Shown: positions 40,221 to 51,464 of the stretch, piece after piece
Position numbering within the stretch: the first letter of the stretch is position 1
How the letters are laid out: the number at the start of each line of letters is the position of its first letter
Assembly (NCBI GenBank): GCA_951406725.2
Contig: OX597816.1
Coordinates: forward strand, 79,360,001-79,424,000
Length of the DNA: 64,000 bases
Direction of reading: 5' to 3'
From: Octopus vulgaris
Taxonomy: Eukaryota
Translations under genes and position numbers: made by a program
The notes under the pieces: generated by a model
What the model saw: only the letters and a program-made list of their open reading frames with translations
Databases searched by the model: none
Told to the model about the DNA's origin: nothing

Positions 40221-40978
40221 AAATTAAATAATTAATTAATTTATTTATTTAATAAACATCTAAATAAAATCTTATACTCATTAAGTAATTTATATTAAAA
40301 AACTTAATGTTAAGTAATATACATAATGCTAGTATAAGCTATAAATATTAGAATTAAAAACAGGAAATGGCTCAAATATATACACACCTATTATATAAAC
40401 TAACTATATTATTAATATATATGTAGTATCTATAGATTTAATATTTTGATCAATTATATAATTGACCAAAATATCAATTAATATTAAACTTATTTACTTA
40501 AATGTAATACTATGTAATAAATAGACCATCTAAGTATTAAATAATATATTGTCTTACAAAACTATTTCTCATATTAAATTATATGTAATATGTTAAATCA
40601 CATTATAAAAATAATAATAAGCATAATAAATAAATAGATATACATATCATAACTAATAATTTTCAAGAAATTATATATAAATTAATATTTTAACAACAAT
40701 AATAATAATCAAACATAATACAATTCAAAAGTTAAATAATATTATCAAATAAAAGACGTTACTTAGCTTGTCAATGAATATTATATAACTGAATTTTAAA
40801 TGTAAAAATGTAGATCTTAGTGTTTATAAGAAATTAAATAGAATAAAATTATCAATGAAAATGCCGAAAAATATTTATTAATCAAAAAGACAAAAAATAC
40901 TTAAGCTTCAAGAATTAAAGAAAAATAGTTGTGTGTGTATATATATGTGTATGTATATATATATATATATATATATAT

Positions 40979-42985
40979 GTCCACCAAGGCTCAGTCCTCA
41001 GCCCCCTCCTATTTATCATAGTCCTCCAGGCAATAACGGAGGAATTCAAGACAGGATGCCCCTGGGAGCTCCTCTATGCTGATGACCTTGCTCTAATTGC
41101 TGAGTCACTATCAGAACTGGAGAAGAAGTTTCAGGTGTGGAAGCAAGGTTTAGAATCGAAGGGCCTTAGAGTCAATCTAGCTAAAACCAAAGTCGTAATA
41201 AGTAGGAAGGTAGACAAATCACAAACGCCTTCAGGTAGATGGCCCTGTTCGATCTGTAGAAAAGGTGTAGGTAGAAACTCTATAAGATGCACCAAGTGTA
41301 AGCTATGGACACATAAGAGGTGCAGCAATGTCAGAGGAAGGCTAACTAGGAAGATGGTTTTTGTATGTGACAGATGCTCGGGAGCATTAACCTCTGAAAA
41401 TCTGCAGAAAACAACTTCCGTCACTTTCCAGGGGGAAAAACTAGAAGTAGTTGATAGCTTCCGTTATCTTGGTGACCAAGTCAGTAGTGGGGGTGGGTGT
41501 GCTGAAAGTGTAAGGGCTAGAGTAAGAATAGCCTGGGCAAAGTTTAGGGAGCTCTTACCTCTGCTGGTGACTAAAGGCCTCTCGCTCAGAGTAAAAGGCA
41601 GACTGTATGATGCATGTGTACGAACAGCCATGCTACATGGCAGTGAAACGTGGGCCGTGACTGCTGAGGACATGCGTAAGCTCGTGAGAAATGAAGCCAG
41701 TATGCTCCGATGGATGTGTAATGTCAGTGTGCATGCTCGACAGAGCGTTAGTACCCTGAGAGAAATGTTGGACCTAAGGAGCATCAGTTGTGGTGTGCAA
41801 GAGAGACGATTGCGCTGGTATGGTCATGTGGCGAGAATGGATGAAGATAGGTGTGTGAAAAAGTGCCAATCCCTAACAGTGGAGGGAACCCGTGGGAGAG
41901 GTAGACCCAGGAAAACTTGGGACGAGGTGGTGAAGCACGACCTTCGAACTTTAGGTCTCACTGAGGAAATGACCAGCGACCGAGACCTTTGGAAATATGC
42001 TGTGCGTAAAAAGACCAGGCAGGACAAGTGAGTCCAGCCCACTTATGCATGCCTTCCTCCCTTGGACACACAAAGACCTGTTGAGGCAAGTGAAGTCGAT
42101 ATCGAACCTCATCCGACGACAGGCACCTATGGTATACCCTAGTTATCTACTTCTCTGTTGAGTGTAAAAAATAATGACCTGCTTGAACTGATTCTCAAAC
42201 CTTACTGGATCCTCAGTAGAAGTGTTTACATCATTTGACCAATCTCAGAGAAATAAGTAGCCAATCTATTTATATACTCAACAAATCCAGTAATTAAGAG
42301 AACTGGTGCTACTAATTTGCCTGCAATGGGTGTTTTCCACTTCATGTGTGTGTGTATGTATATATATGTATGTGTGTATCATCATCATCATCATCATCGT
42401 TTAACGTCCGTTCTCCATGCTAGCATGGGTTGGACGGTTCGACCGGGGATCTGGGAAGCCAGAAGGCTGCACCAGGCTCCGGTCTTATTTGGCAATGTTT
42501 CTACAGCTGGATGCCCTTCCTAATGCCAACCACTCCGTGAGTGTAGTGGGTGCTTTTTACGTGCCACCTGCACTTGCGAAGACCTGTTGGGGCAAGTGAA
42601 ATCGAAATCGGAATCGAAATTGAACCAATCCTATGACTGGCACTTGGCAGATGCCAGGACCCCTGGACTGGAGATACGTAAAAAGCACCATCCGAATCGT
42701 GGCCGAAGCCAGTGCCGCCTCGACTGGCTTCCGTGCAGGTGGCACGTAAAATGCACCATACCGACCGTGGCCGATGCCAGCCTCGCCTGGCACCAGTGGC
42801 ACGTAAAAAGCACCCACTACACTCACGGAGTGGTTGGCGTTAGGAAGGGCATCCAGCTGTAGAAACATTGCCAGATAAGACCGGAGCCTGGTGCAGCCTT
42901 CTGGCTTCCCAGATCCCCGGTCGAACCGTCCAACCCATGCTAGCATGGAGAACGGACGTTAAACGATGATGATGATGATGATGAT
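40979..42985 (+). mobile_element. Young 5'-truncated RTE LINE with a rearranged 3' UTR and (GAT)n tail
   Basis: About 350 uninterrupted codons VHQGSVLSPLLF...LLYADD...FRYLG...RLRWYGHV...RGRGRP to the stop at 42031. Tail ttaaac(gat)n at about 42960-42985. Confidence 0.93.
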
Positions 42986-43235
42986 ACACACATACATATA
43001 TATACATACACACACACATGAAGTGGAAAACACCCATTGCAGGCAAATTAGTAGCACCAGTTCTCTTAATTACTGGATTTGTTGAGTATATAAATAGATT
43101 GGCTACTTATTTCTCTGAGATTGGTCAAATGATGTAAACACTTCTACTGAGGATCCAGTAAGGTTTGAGAATCAATTCAAGCAGGTCATTATTTTTTACA
43201 GTCAACAGAGAAGTAGATAACTAGGGTATACCATA
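42128..43235. repeat. 440 bp inverted repeat (42128-42567 / 42796-43235)
   Basis: Arms are reverse complements with about 3 mismatches by eye. Spacer is 228 bp. Confidence 0.95.
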
Positions 43236-43563
43236 CTGGGCCCAAGAAGCCCATACACAGTGGCAAGCTATATAATTATAGCTGCCCATTGAGATTACAG
43301 CTTATTATCACACTGGCTGGTCACACAATTTCATATGCAATCTGACACCATCAAATCAGTTAACTCCCTACCTGGTAACTATTGTCACTGAAATACCACA
43401 CCCTACGGAATGATGACTGAATATTTGTATGCCATGTTCATATTTTCACTATGTAAGTTTACTAACACATACACATATATATATTTTTTTCCTAACTGTC
43501 TTATTTATATTTCTGTTTATATTTATCTGTCTTTCAATGTGCTCTTTCACATTCTCTTTTCAG

Positions 43564-43668
43564 ATATGGAAGTTTTGAAAATCCAGTTTTGGAGGACGGT
43601 GTTTTATTCACACCCAACAACAGTAGCAATATGGCACTGATTCCAGGCTTCAACGCAAGTTCCTTGCA
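43564..43668 (+). CDS. Exon 15: SRCR-like domain 2, middle
   Basis: ttttcag|...|gtaaat, phase 2-2. GYGSFENPVLEDGVLFTPNNSSNMALIPGFNASSLQ. Supported mainly by splice sites and phase. Confidence 0.65.
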
Positions 43669-44957
43669 GTAAATATTTATTTATTTATGTTATTAGACAT
43701 TTATGTCATGTTACACTACATTATGTGAAATGCTGTGTTGCTTCCTATTACAGTAACCAAGTGGAATAGCAACAACTATAACAGGAGTCCTAATTTGTCA
43801 CATTGACCACCTGGAAGCTTATATTTTGGAGATGGATTAAATTTGACTCCATTGACTCCTGTGATTGCTTTAGTTGATCTCACATGAGTCATCCAATGGG
43901 GTTTTAATGCAGACTGAAAAAGGACATTAGTAATTATCCTAAATTATTTTGCCATTGTCCAATCAATTTTTCCAAATCATTGATCTCTTTGCTACACCAA
44001 ATTATCTGGAAGGAAGTGAAAGAATTGGTTTATGCAGAGATGACATGATAGATGCTTTTATCAGATGAGTTGTATAGATGGATTCAAACTCTTTGCCACT
44101 GGTTAAGGAAAGCACTCATTAATTATGTATTGCCTATGCTGTCTGCAACACTGAATGGTACCTACACATAATGTATGTAATATAAAAATACCTCCTCCAA
44201 AACGAATGTATTCTGAGAGTGGGTACGTATTTCTCAGTTTCGTGATGTAAAACAGATGAAAAATCCACCCTAGAGAGGTCTGTGTATCACACAGCTTTTC
44301 CAATTATCTATTCCTAATTTGTTCTATTCCCACTTCAGCAGATTTGAACTTAAAATCTATGAAAAGATAACCCATTTTCTTATTTGTCTGCACAATACCT
44401 ATTTGAAATTAGATGAACTGAACCAAATGATGTTTTCATTCATGTTTGAGTGTGTTTTAAAGTGATTGTCACAGAATTGAAAGTAGCATCTAGTTATTAA
44501 CACTGCTACTACAGGCAAAGTCCAAATCACTGCCTACAGGCTAATCAGTTTTATAACACACCTACTGATTACAATGGTTAACAATTCTTATAGGTCTTCT
44601 TTACTTATAATTAGATGGATAATATTACTTGTAAATGTCTTGTCCTGGTCACAGGGTGGTACTAGTGACAAAAAGCAACTGCTGACACCTCAGTTGCTTC
44701 CCTAATAGCTTGCAAATTCAATCCAATATGATTTCCATTGTGAGTTAATGGTGTTAAGCATAAATACTGCCCAAGCATGTTGACTAAATATCAACCATCA
44801 GCCATCCTCCTAATAGATCAATATCTCATCAACTTAGCAACCAACTATTCTTTCATAATGTAATTTAGTAACAGTATAAATATGTTATTTTATAGTATAG
44901 TAAAGTAATTTCTATAATAATAAATACAATAATAAAACTTTTGCTCTCTTGTGATAG

Positions 44958-44995
44958 GCAATGTAATGTCACAGTACTGAACTGTAGTGAACAAG
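44958..44995 (+). CDS. Exon 16: 38-nt microexon, end of SRCR-like domain 2
   Basis: gatag|...|gtaagt, phase 2-1. QQCNVTVLNCSEQG supplies the terminal SRCR cysteines. Confidence 0.72.
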
Positions 44996-45068
44996 GTAAG
45001 TAAAATATACTTCATTTTTGTACTTGGTTTGCAAGATTCTTGATGTGAACTTGTGTGTTGAAACAAAG

Positions 45069-45355
45069 CTTATTGTATCTCAAAAGGGTCATTGTGCTTC
45101 AGTTTCACTCCTTTATTGTTAGTCAACTGGTTAGTTATCTAACCAACAAACTAATTGATATTTAATATATTGGTTAAGCAATCAATCAGACATTTGTAAA
45201 AGTCCTTTCACCACCTTTGTGACCTCATCAATGACATGCTCCCCCATCTCTCCTCCAGGTCTGCTTCCAATCTGTCTGAGAATTAGTCCTGTTTATGTAC
45301 ATGTAAGGGTGCAGAAGTGTGCAGATGTAGAAGTGCAGTCATTTACAAGAGAAGT

Positions 45356-45393
<38 letters not shown>

Positions 45394-45745
45394 TAAGGGA
45401 TGATTATGCATGTGTGAGCAAGCATGTACATATGTGATGTATGCTCACATGCCTGTCTGCATGTGTGTGTGTGTTGGTCATCAGTGCCCATTTTAGGGAC
45501 CTGATTTCTCAATTCCAAGTCAGCTTTGCTTTAAGACTCGAAACGGACCTAGAGGAGAGAGAGAGAGGGCATATCATTGATGAGGACTTTGACAAACAAC
45601 TGATCTACTGTTTAACCAACAGATTAAACATTAACTGGTTAGTTGGTTAAATAACTAACCAACTGACTATCATTAAAGGAGTGAAATTGAACCAATGCTT
45701 GTGCTTATTATTATTAGTCTATGACCCTGACAAGATACAAGAAGA
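45069..45745. mobile_element. Old MITE-like element with long imperfect inverted arms
   Basis: About 45069-45273 matches the reverse complement of about 45534-45745 at roughly 75-80% with indels. Confidence 0.65.
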
Positions 45746-45979
45746 AAAATATAATAATGATTTTCTACTTAAATATAAGTAGTCACATTTCTTGTAAAAG
45801 AGAAATAAAATGGCATAATATTCATCATTGATTTCTCAAAAGAAATTATTCTGCTTATCATTTGACAAGTATGAACGGAAAATAAAACTTACACAGACAT
45901 ATTTCTGATATCCAAATACTTGAACTTTTGAAAGTTTTGTTGTTTAGGTGGGAAATTCGCTAATAGAAATGTTCTAGAT

Positions 45980-46473
45980 CAGGGATTGGGGAACATTTTT
46001 AACCAGTTATCTCAAAATATATTTATTTACACCAGCATTACCCCCTTGATTTGAAAGGAAGAAAATCAGAGATTCTTTGAATTCAAAAGGGTTACTGAAT
46101 CTATTTATATGGAGAATACAATTATAGATATAAAAAGTATAAAACAAATGTGATAAAATAAATTAGTATCCTCATTACAAAACAAAAGGATTTTTCTAGA
46201 AACTTTTTCACTTCAGGTTTTGGAGAAATGATGTTTCATTTTTGTTACAATTACAACAAAATTGGGGCATTTTGATGTCAGAGCAATTTGCATACAGTCT
46301 TTGGGGTCCAATCGATTTCTCTGCTTTGTTTTTATGTTTATTAGTGTGGAATCTTGTTTGCAAAGGTAGGTTATTGCAAAAAGCAGCAACTTTTTGAATG
46401 CCTCCTCATGCCAGAAGAAAACTTTCTGTTATAACCCCTCTTGGGGTAATTCACCCTGGTTTGCCGACCCCTG
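45980..46473 (-). mobile_element. hAT (Charlie-type) deletion derivative
   Basis: 8 bp TSD TTCTAGAT on both sides. TIR CAGGGGTCGGCAAAC (imperfect on the left). Internal - strand relic LLFAITYLC...IKTKQRNRLD matches the hAT C-terminus. Confidence 0.88.
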
Positions 46474-46875
46474 TTCTAGATGAAGTTGTTGAAAAAAAAG
46501 TCAGATAAGATATTTTTGTAGAGTAAATGAAGTTTAGTTGGAGTATACTTATAGAGGAGGATTTCATTTGATGATAGTAATATTGCAAATGAAGAATGAT
46601 GGTCAGTGTAGTAGCACTGGAAAAAGTTGAGCAAGATTACAGCTTGTTGCTAGCTCATTGATAAGTAGCAGCTTATCACTAAGTGAACTAATCTAGACAG
46701 TTTAATCTCATACAGAATGATGCTAAATGGTGATTACTGCACTTCATTAATGAAATTATTGTTTGGTATGTAGATGCCATTATTTTGCTTTATTTGAGAC
46801 TGTTTTTTTCTTTTGTACTTTTAGTTGTTTACTAAGAAAAATACAAATCTAAAACTTTCTTCACATCTTCTTCAG

Positions 46876-47044
46876 GTTGTGGAGCTCGAAAGATAGAATT
46901 GTTTGAATCCAACATAAAGTATGGGCATAATGCTTTGGAAGGTAAATGGCCATGGGCTGTGCAAGTTTATAGGGGTCGCACTTTTGTTTGCACTGGTATA
47001 TTGATCAGTAATGAAATTGTACTTAGTGCAGCTCATTGTTTCCG
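46876..47044 (+). CDS. Exon 17: protease linker, activation site and His57
   Basis: ttcag|...|gtaggt. GCGARKIELFESNIKYGHNALEGKWPWAV...FVCTGILIS...VLSAAHCF. Confidence 0.95.
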
Positions 47045-48099
47045 GTAGGTATTTCAGTATATTGATAATAACATTATCTTGTATTTACATGCATTCTTTA
47101 TACATGTTCAGACAAGATCTTTCTTGGTATTTGTTCTAGTGTTGTATGTTCCAAATCCAAATCCTGCTGAGGTCAACAAAACTTTTATTGTTCTGGGGTT
47201 TATAAAACAAAATACCAGTGAAACTACCTATTCAATTATTACTGCCTCCCAAATATTATGGGAGAAATTATTTGGCTAATAATACAGTTAATCTTATTTT
47301 CTTGAGTTATAAAGGCACAGCAAGTGTCATTATAATCTGATTGAAAAACTAAATAGACCTGTGGCAAGTGATGGGAAGGTTGCTTTACGTTTATAAAGAT
47401 AATTTATTATTATATTTAATAGGTGTTCATGCAATATATGAAAGGGAATATTCAGATGAAACAATGTATATGTCAAGGGCAGAAAGTCTTCATTAGGAAT
47501 TCTACATTCAGGATAGTTTTCACACATCAGTATATATTCTTTTTGCTGTTGTGTGTCTTCTTCAACTGTTCTAGGTTGAATATGTAGCTGTGAAAACAAC
47601 TACATGTGGGGAGTGAATGTCAATAGGAACCAAATCACCCTGGAGTTTTGGTGTTGAGTTGTATTTATTGGCTGTGTTCATAGAAGATCCTAGTCATGCC
47701 ACAGAACTATTACATGAAAAACAGCTGCTGATTGGACAACAGTTGTGTTTACACACATAATCAAATGGTGATTTCTATGTGGCAAAATGTGGGATTGAAT
47801 CCAATTGTCACGTCAGCCCCCTTCCAATTGAGTTTTGGGGAAACAAAGAGACTGTAACGGAAAAGAAAATATGCATGAACAATGAGAAAAAAGATAAATA
47901 CAAAATGTACATTTAACAAATGAAAAAGAATTGTCCATGGATAAAAGTTCATAGCAGAGCCCATGCTGGATGTAAAATTCAACAGCTCATGTTATTGAAA
48001 ATGCTTATCTTTTTTCTTTTTACTTTTATCTTTTAAAGTTAACTAAAAATAAGTGTGTGTATATTTGGCTGGCCAATGAACTCTTCTGCCATTTTGTGT

Positions 48100-50400
48100 A
48101 ATTTAGTCAAAATTAGGTGTAGATAAGTGTATTGAGAGAGGATGGTATGTCACGTGTGTGTAAGTGGTGTGGTAGAAAGGGGAGTAGAGTGTTGTCGACA
48201 GGGTGATGAATCGATAAAAGCCTACTTCAATCAATCAGTGTTAACTGTCTGATGTTTCCTTTGAATGTCCAACATCATAAATTTAGGTTTCAGATTTAGT
48301 ACATGAAAGACACCAGTATATGATATCTGCAATGAATGTCTAATTGTGTCATTACATATGAATACATACGTCCATGTATGAATAACTGGTGGAACAAAAA
48401 TCTCAATCGATTGTGGTCTCATTGCCATGGAGATAACTCCATCTTGTATCTATGCAATTGATGAACATAATCTGCTGGATCAAAATGTTAATAGACTGAA
48501 GCTATAGTTAAAACCGTTTGACCAGGTAGAGTAAGAACGAAACCATAAAGTAGTTTTGCCACTGAATATCCTAAGCCATTCTTAACAGCAGACCAAAGTC
48601 ATTATAAAACAACAGGTAAAACCTCCAACCAACAATTTGAATCAGAATAAGTATGAAGTGTCACAGTTGAAGGTGAAAACCTCCAATCAGTCCATTAGAC
48701 ATGGGATGACAAGCTATATAGTACAGATGCACCAGATGCCAAGGGAGGTTAGAAAGATAGGCAAATAGACTGAATTCAAACTGACAACCTCTGTCAGTTG
48801 TTATGGTCAAAGGAGCTCCAAAACCTGAAATCTACTTGGCCATGAAGGCCTTTGCAATGGGGAGAGATGAGATGTCTTTAATTGATATAGCTTCAGGCCA
48901 TCTGGAAAAACGGTCTACGCAGGTCAACAGATACATATCATCTTGAACTGGTGGTAACAGACCCACAGTGTCTATGCGGATGCATTTGAAATGAACATTA
49001 AGAATAGTAAAAATGGCTTCAAAATACCAGAATGAGAAAAATTATGAAGAGTAGAGAAAACAGTTCGTTTATGATTCTTTGGAGTGTAAGGTCAAGAAAC
49101 TTGGAAGAAGGAAAGACATTTATTGGCATTAATTATTAGACCATGCTGTGATAATCGAGCAAAATGCTGTTGCAAATGAAGAAAATGTTGCTTTTCTGCA
49201 GGGGTAGCAATTAATGAGTTATCAATGTAGGCAAAAGCAAAATGTCGACCACGGAGTACTTCATTAATAAACCTTTGAAAAGTATTAGCATCATTACAAA
49301 GGCTGAAAAGCATTGTAATAAATTCAAATAGTTATTATTGATACATATTTGATTGATCTTTGGAAAGACAGTACAACCATGTGAAGAACTTACTTTCAAA
49401 ACCAGATATATGCATTGGTATGACTTTTGAGTAAGTGTTTAAAACACCAACTGTCTATATGGCATCTATCCCAGACTGACTGAAAAAATTTCATGTGTGT
49501 GAAGCCAACAGCTTGCAGATTGTGTTTCAATAGTTATCATGAAATCAACCAAATATGCACTTATATTGGTTTTGAAAGTATGCTCCTCATGTAAGGATGC
49601 TGAAGAATCATAAATATGTGGGCTAGGATATCTCTTTGGTGCTGTCAAAGCATTTAAATGCCTGTAGTCATAGCAAGGGCATCACTCTCCCTCAGACATT
49701 TTCGGGACATGATGAAGTGGAGAGGACCAGTTACTGCTAGAATATCGAATTATACCAAAGTCCAATTTATGATTGAATTCTTCCTTGTAGTTTTAAGCTT
49801 GTCTATGGTAAGACTTCTGGGACAAGATGAAACAGGAGGAGCTTTCGTAATGGGATTGTGAGTAATCAAGTGTGCTGGAGTCTTGTTATGGAACACAGTA
49901 TGAGAAACACATGGAAAATGCTGAAGAATCCCATGGAAACGACTGGATACAGATGGAACAAAATAACATGAACTAATGGCAAAAGGCCTTGAGGACATAC
50001 CTTGTGCTAACTCGGTTCTGGTATTGATTAACTGCTTGTGCTTTAAATTGACTAGAAGGCCATAAAGTTGTAAGAAGTTAGCCCCAAGGATAGGCTGTGG
50101 TAGATCTGAAATGATGAATATTCATTTAAACTGTTGCCTTAGATTTAGGTTCAAAGTAAAAGACTTTTCTCCATATTTAGGAATAGGCAAATGACTTACT
50201 GCTTGCAGGGTAATGTGAAGGGTGGAGAGAAAATGAAATATGAATGATATAATAGATATTGTAAAATAAATGGGTTGATAGACAGGATGGGCATCAAAGG
50301 TATCAAGTAAAGGATGTAGATGTCATTGCATTGGTATTATCATATAACCTGGGAGGAGGAATAAGTTCTGTGTGAAAAACTGTTCTGTGATGTTTGTGGA
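48100..50400 (-). mobile_element. Decayed Ty3/Gypsy pol relic
   Basis: RT: FSLCNDANTFQRFINEVLRG..FAFAYIDN. Integrase: YLLTCVDRFSRWPEA...ITTDRG.QFE. Boundaries approximate, no LTR pair seen. Confidence 0.8.
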
Positions 50401-50414
50401 TAATACCTGTAGAA

Positions 50415-50698
50415 CAGGCATATCAAACACTTGTCCTGTGGGGTGCATATGACCCTTTTCATACACAAGTGAGACTTGTGAGAGGCATAGCTAGAGGTTT
50501 AAAAATAGGGGACCCCAAAAATTTTTGATAATAAGAATAATTGATAATTTAATGAATAAAAATAGGATTACTGATGTACAAATATAGAATTAATATGATG
50601 GAAATTTTTGTTGTAAACATGTTTAAAAATACGTGGCCCACTGGAAACATGTATGTGAACAATGCAACCCATTTAAGCTCTGCAGTTTGACATGTCAG
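50415..50698. mobile_element. hAT MITE (284 bp)
   Basis: 8 bp TSD CTGTAGAA at 50407-50414 and 50699-50706. TIR CAGGCATATCAAAC / GTTTGACATGTCAG (11 of 14). Confidence 0.82.
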
Positions 50699-50883
50699 CT
50701 GTAGAAGGTGAAGCCTGATGACGATATAAGATGTAAGGGAGTTAAACCGTAGGATGCTAAATTCAAACAATTAATGATATAATGTATGGTAGTCATATCT
50801 GCCCCACTCACCATGTAAATATTATGACAATGATGGCAATTGTAATGTCTTTGGAATGATGTTTATGATATATGTGTGTGTGC

Positions 50884-50925
<42 letters not shown>

Positions 50926-51012
50926 CTATAACTACTATAGTGATGATAATGAGGATGACAACAATAAAGACAATGACCATCATCATCATATACAATGTTT
51001 TCTTTCTTATAG

Positions 51013-51263
51013 TTCAACTTATTATTACACTTACTATATAAGAGTTGGAACAACAAAGAAGTTCCAAGGAACAAGGTATAAAGTGGACCAAATATTGAAG
51101 CATCCCAATTATATAAATTACAGAAAAGGTTCTGATATTGCAATACTTTACATGAGATCTGGAATTAAGATGTCATCTTATGTGCAGCCAGTTTGTCTTC
51201 CAGAAGGCCCAATTCCCAGAGACAGAGATTGCCATATTACTGGATGGGGTAAAAATGAAAACC
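51013..51263 (+). CDS. Exon 18: protease Asp102 region
   Basis: tatag|...|gtaagt. HPNY...SDIAIL...VQPVCLP...CHITGWG. Confidence 0.95.
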
Positions 51264-51299
51264 GTAAGTGAAAAATATTTTTTATTTAAGATATTCAGA

Positions 51300-51338
<39 letters not shown>

Positions 51339-51360
51339 TACACACACATAATATTATATG

Positions 51361-51420
<60 letters not shown>

Positions 51421-51423
51421 CAA

Positions 51424-51464
<41 letters not shown>

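Noticed and set aside
46900-46930. A-to-I recoding restoring a canonical R|IVGG site or Asp189
   Set aside because: Editing AAC gives only Ser, Asp or Gly; AAG cannot become Val; TAT cannot become Gly; CCA stays Pro.
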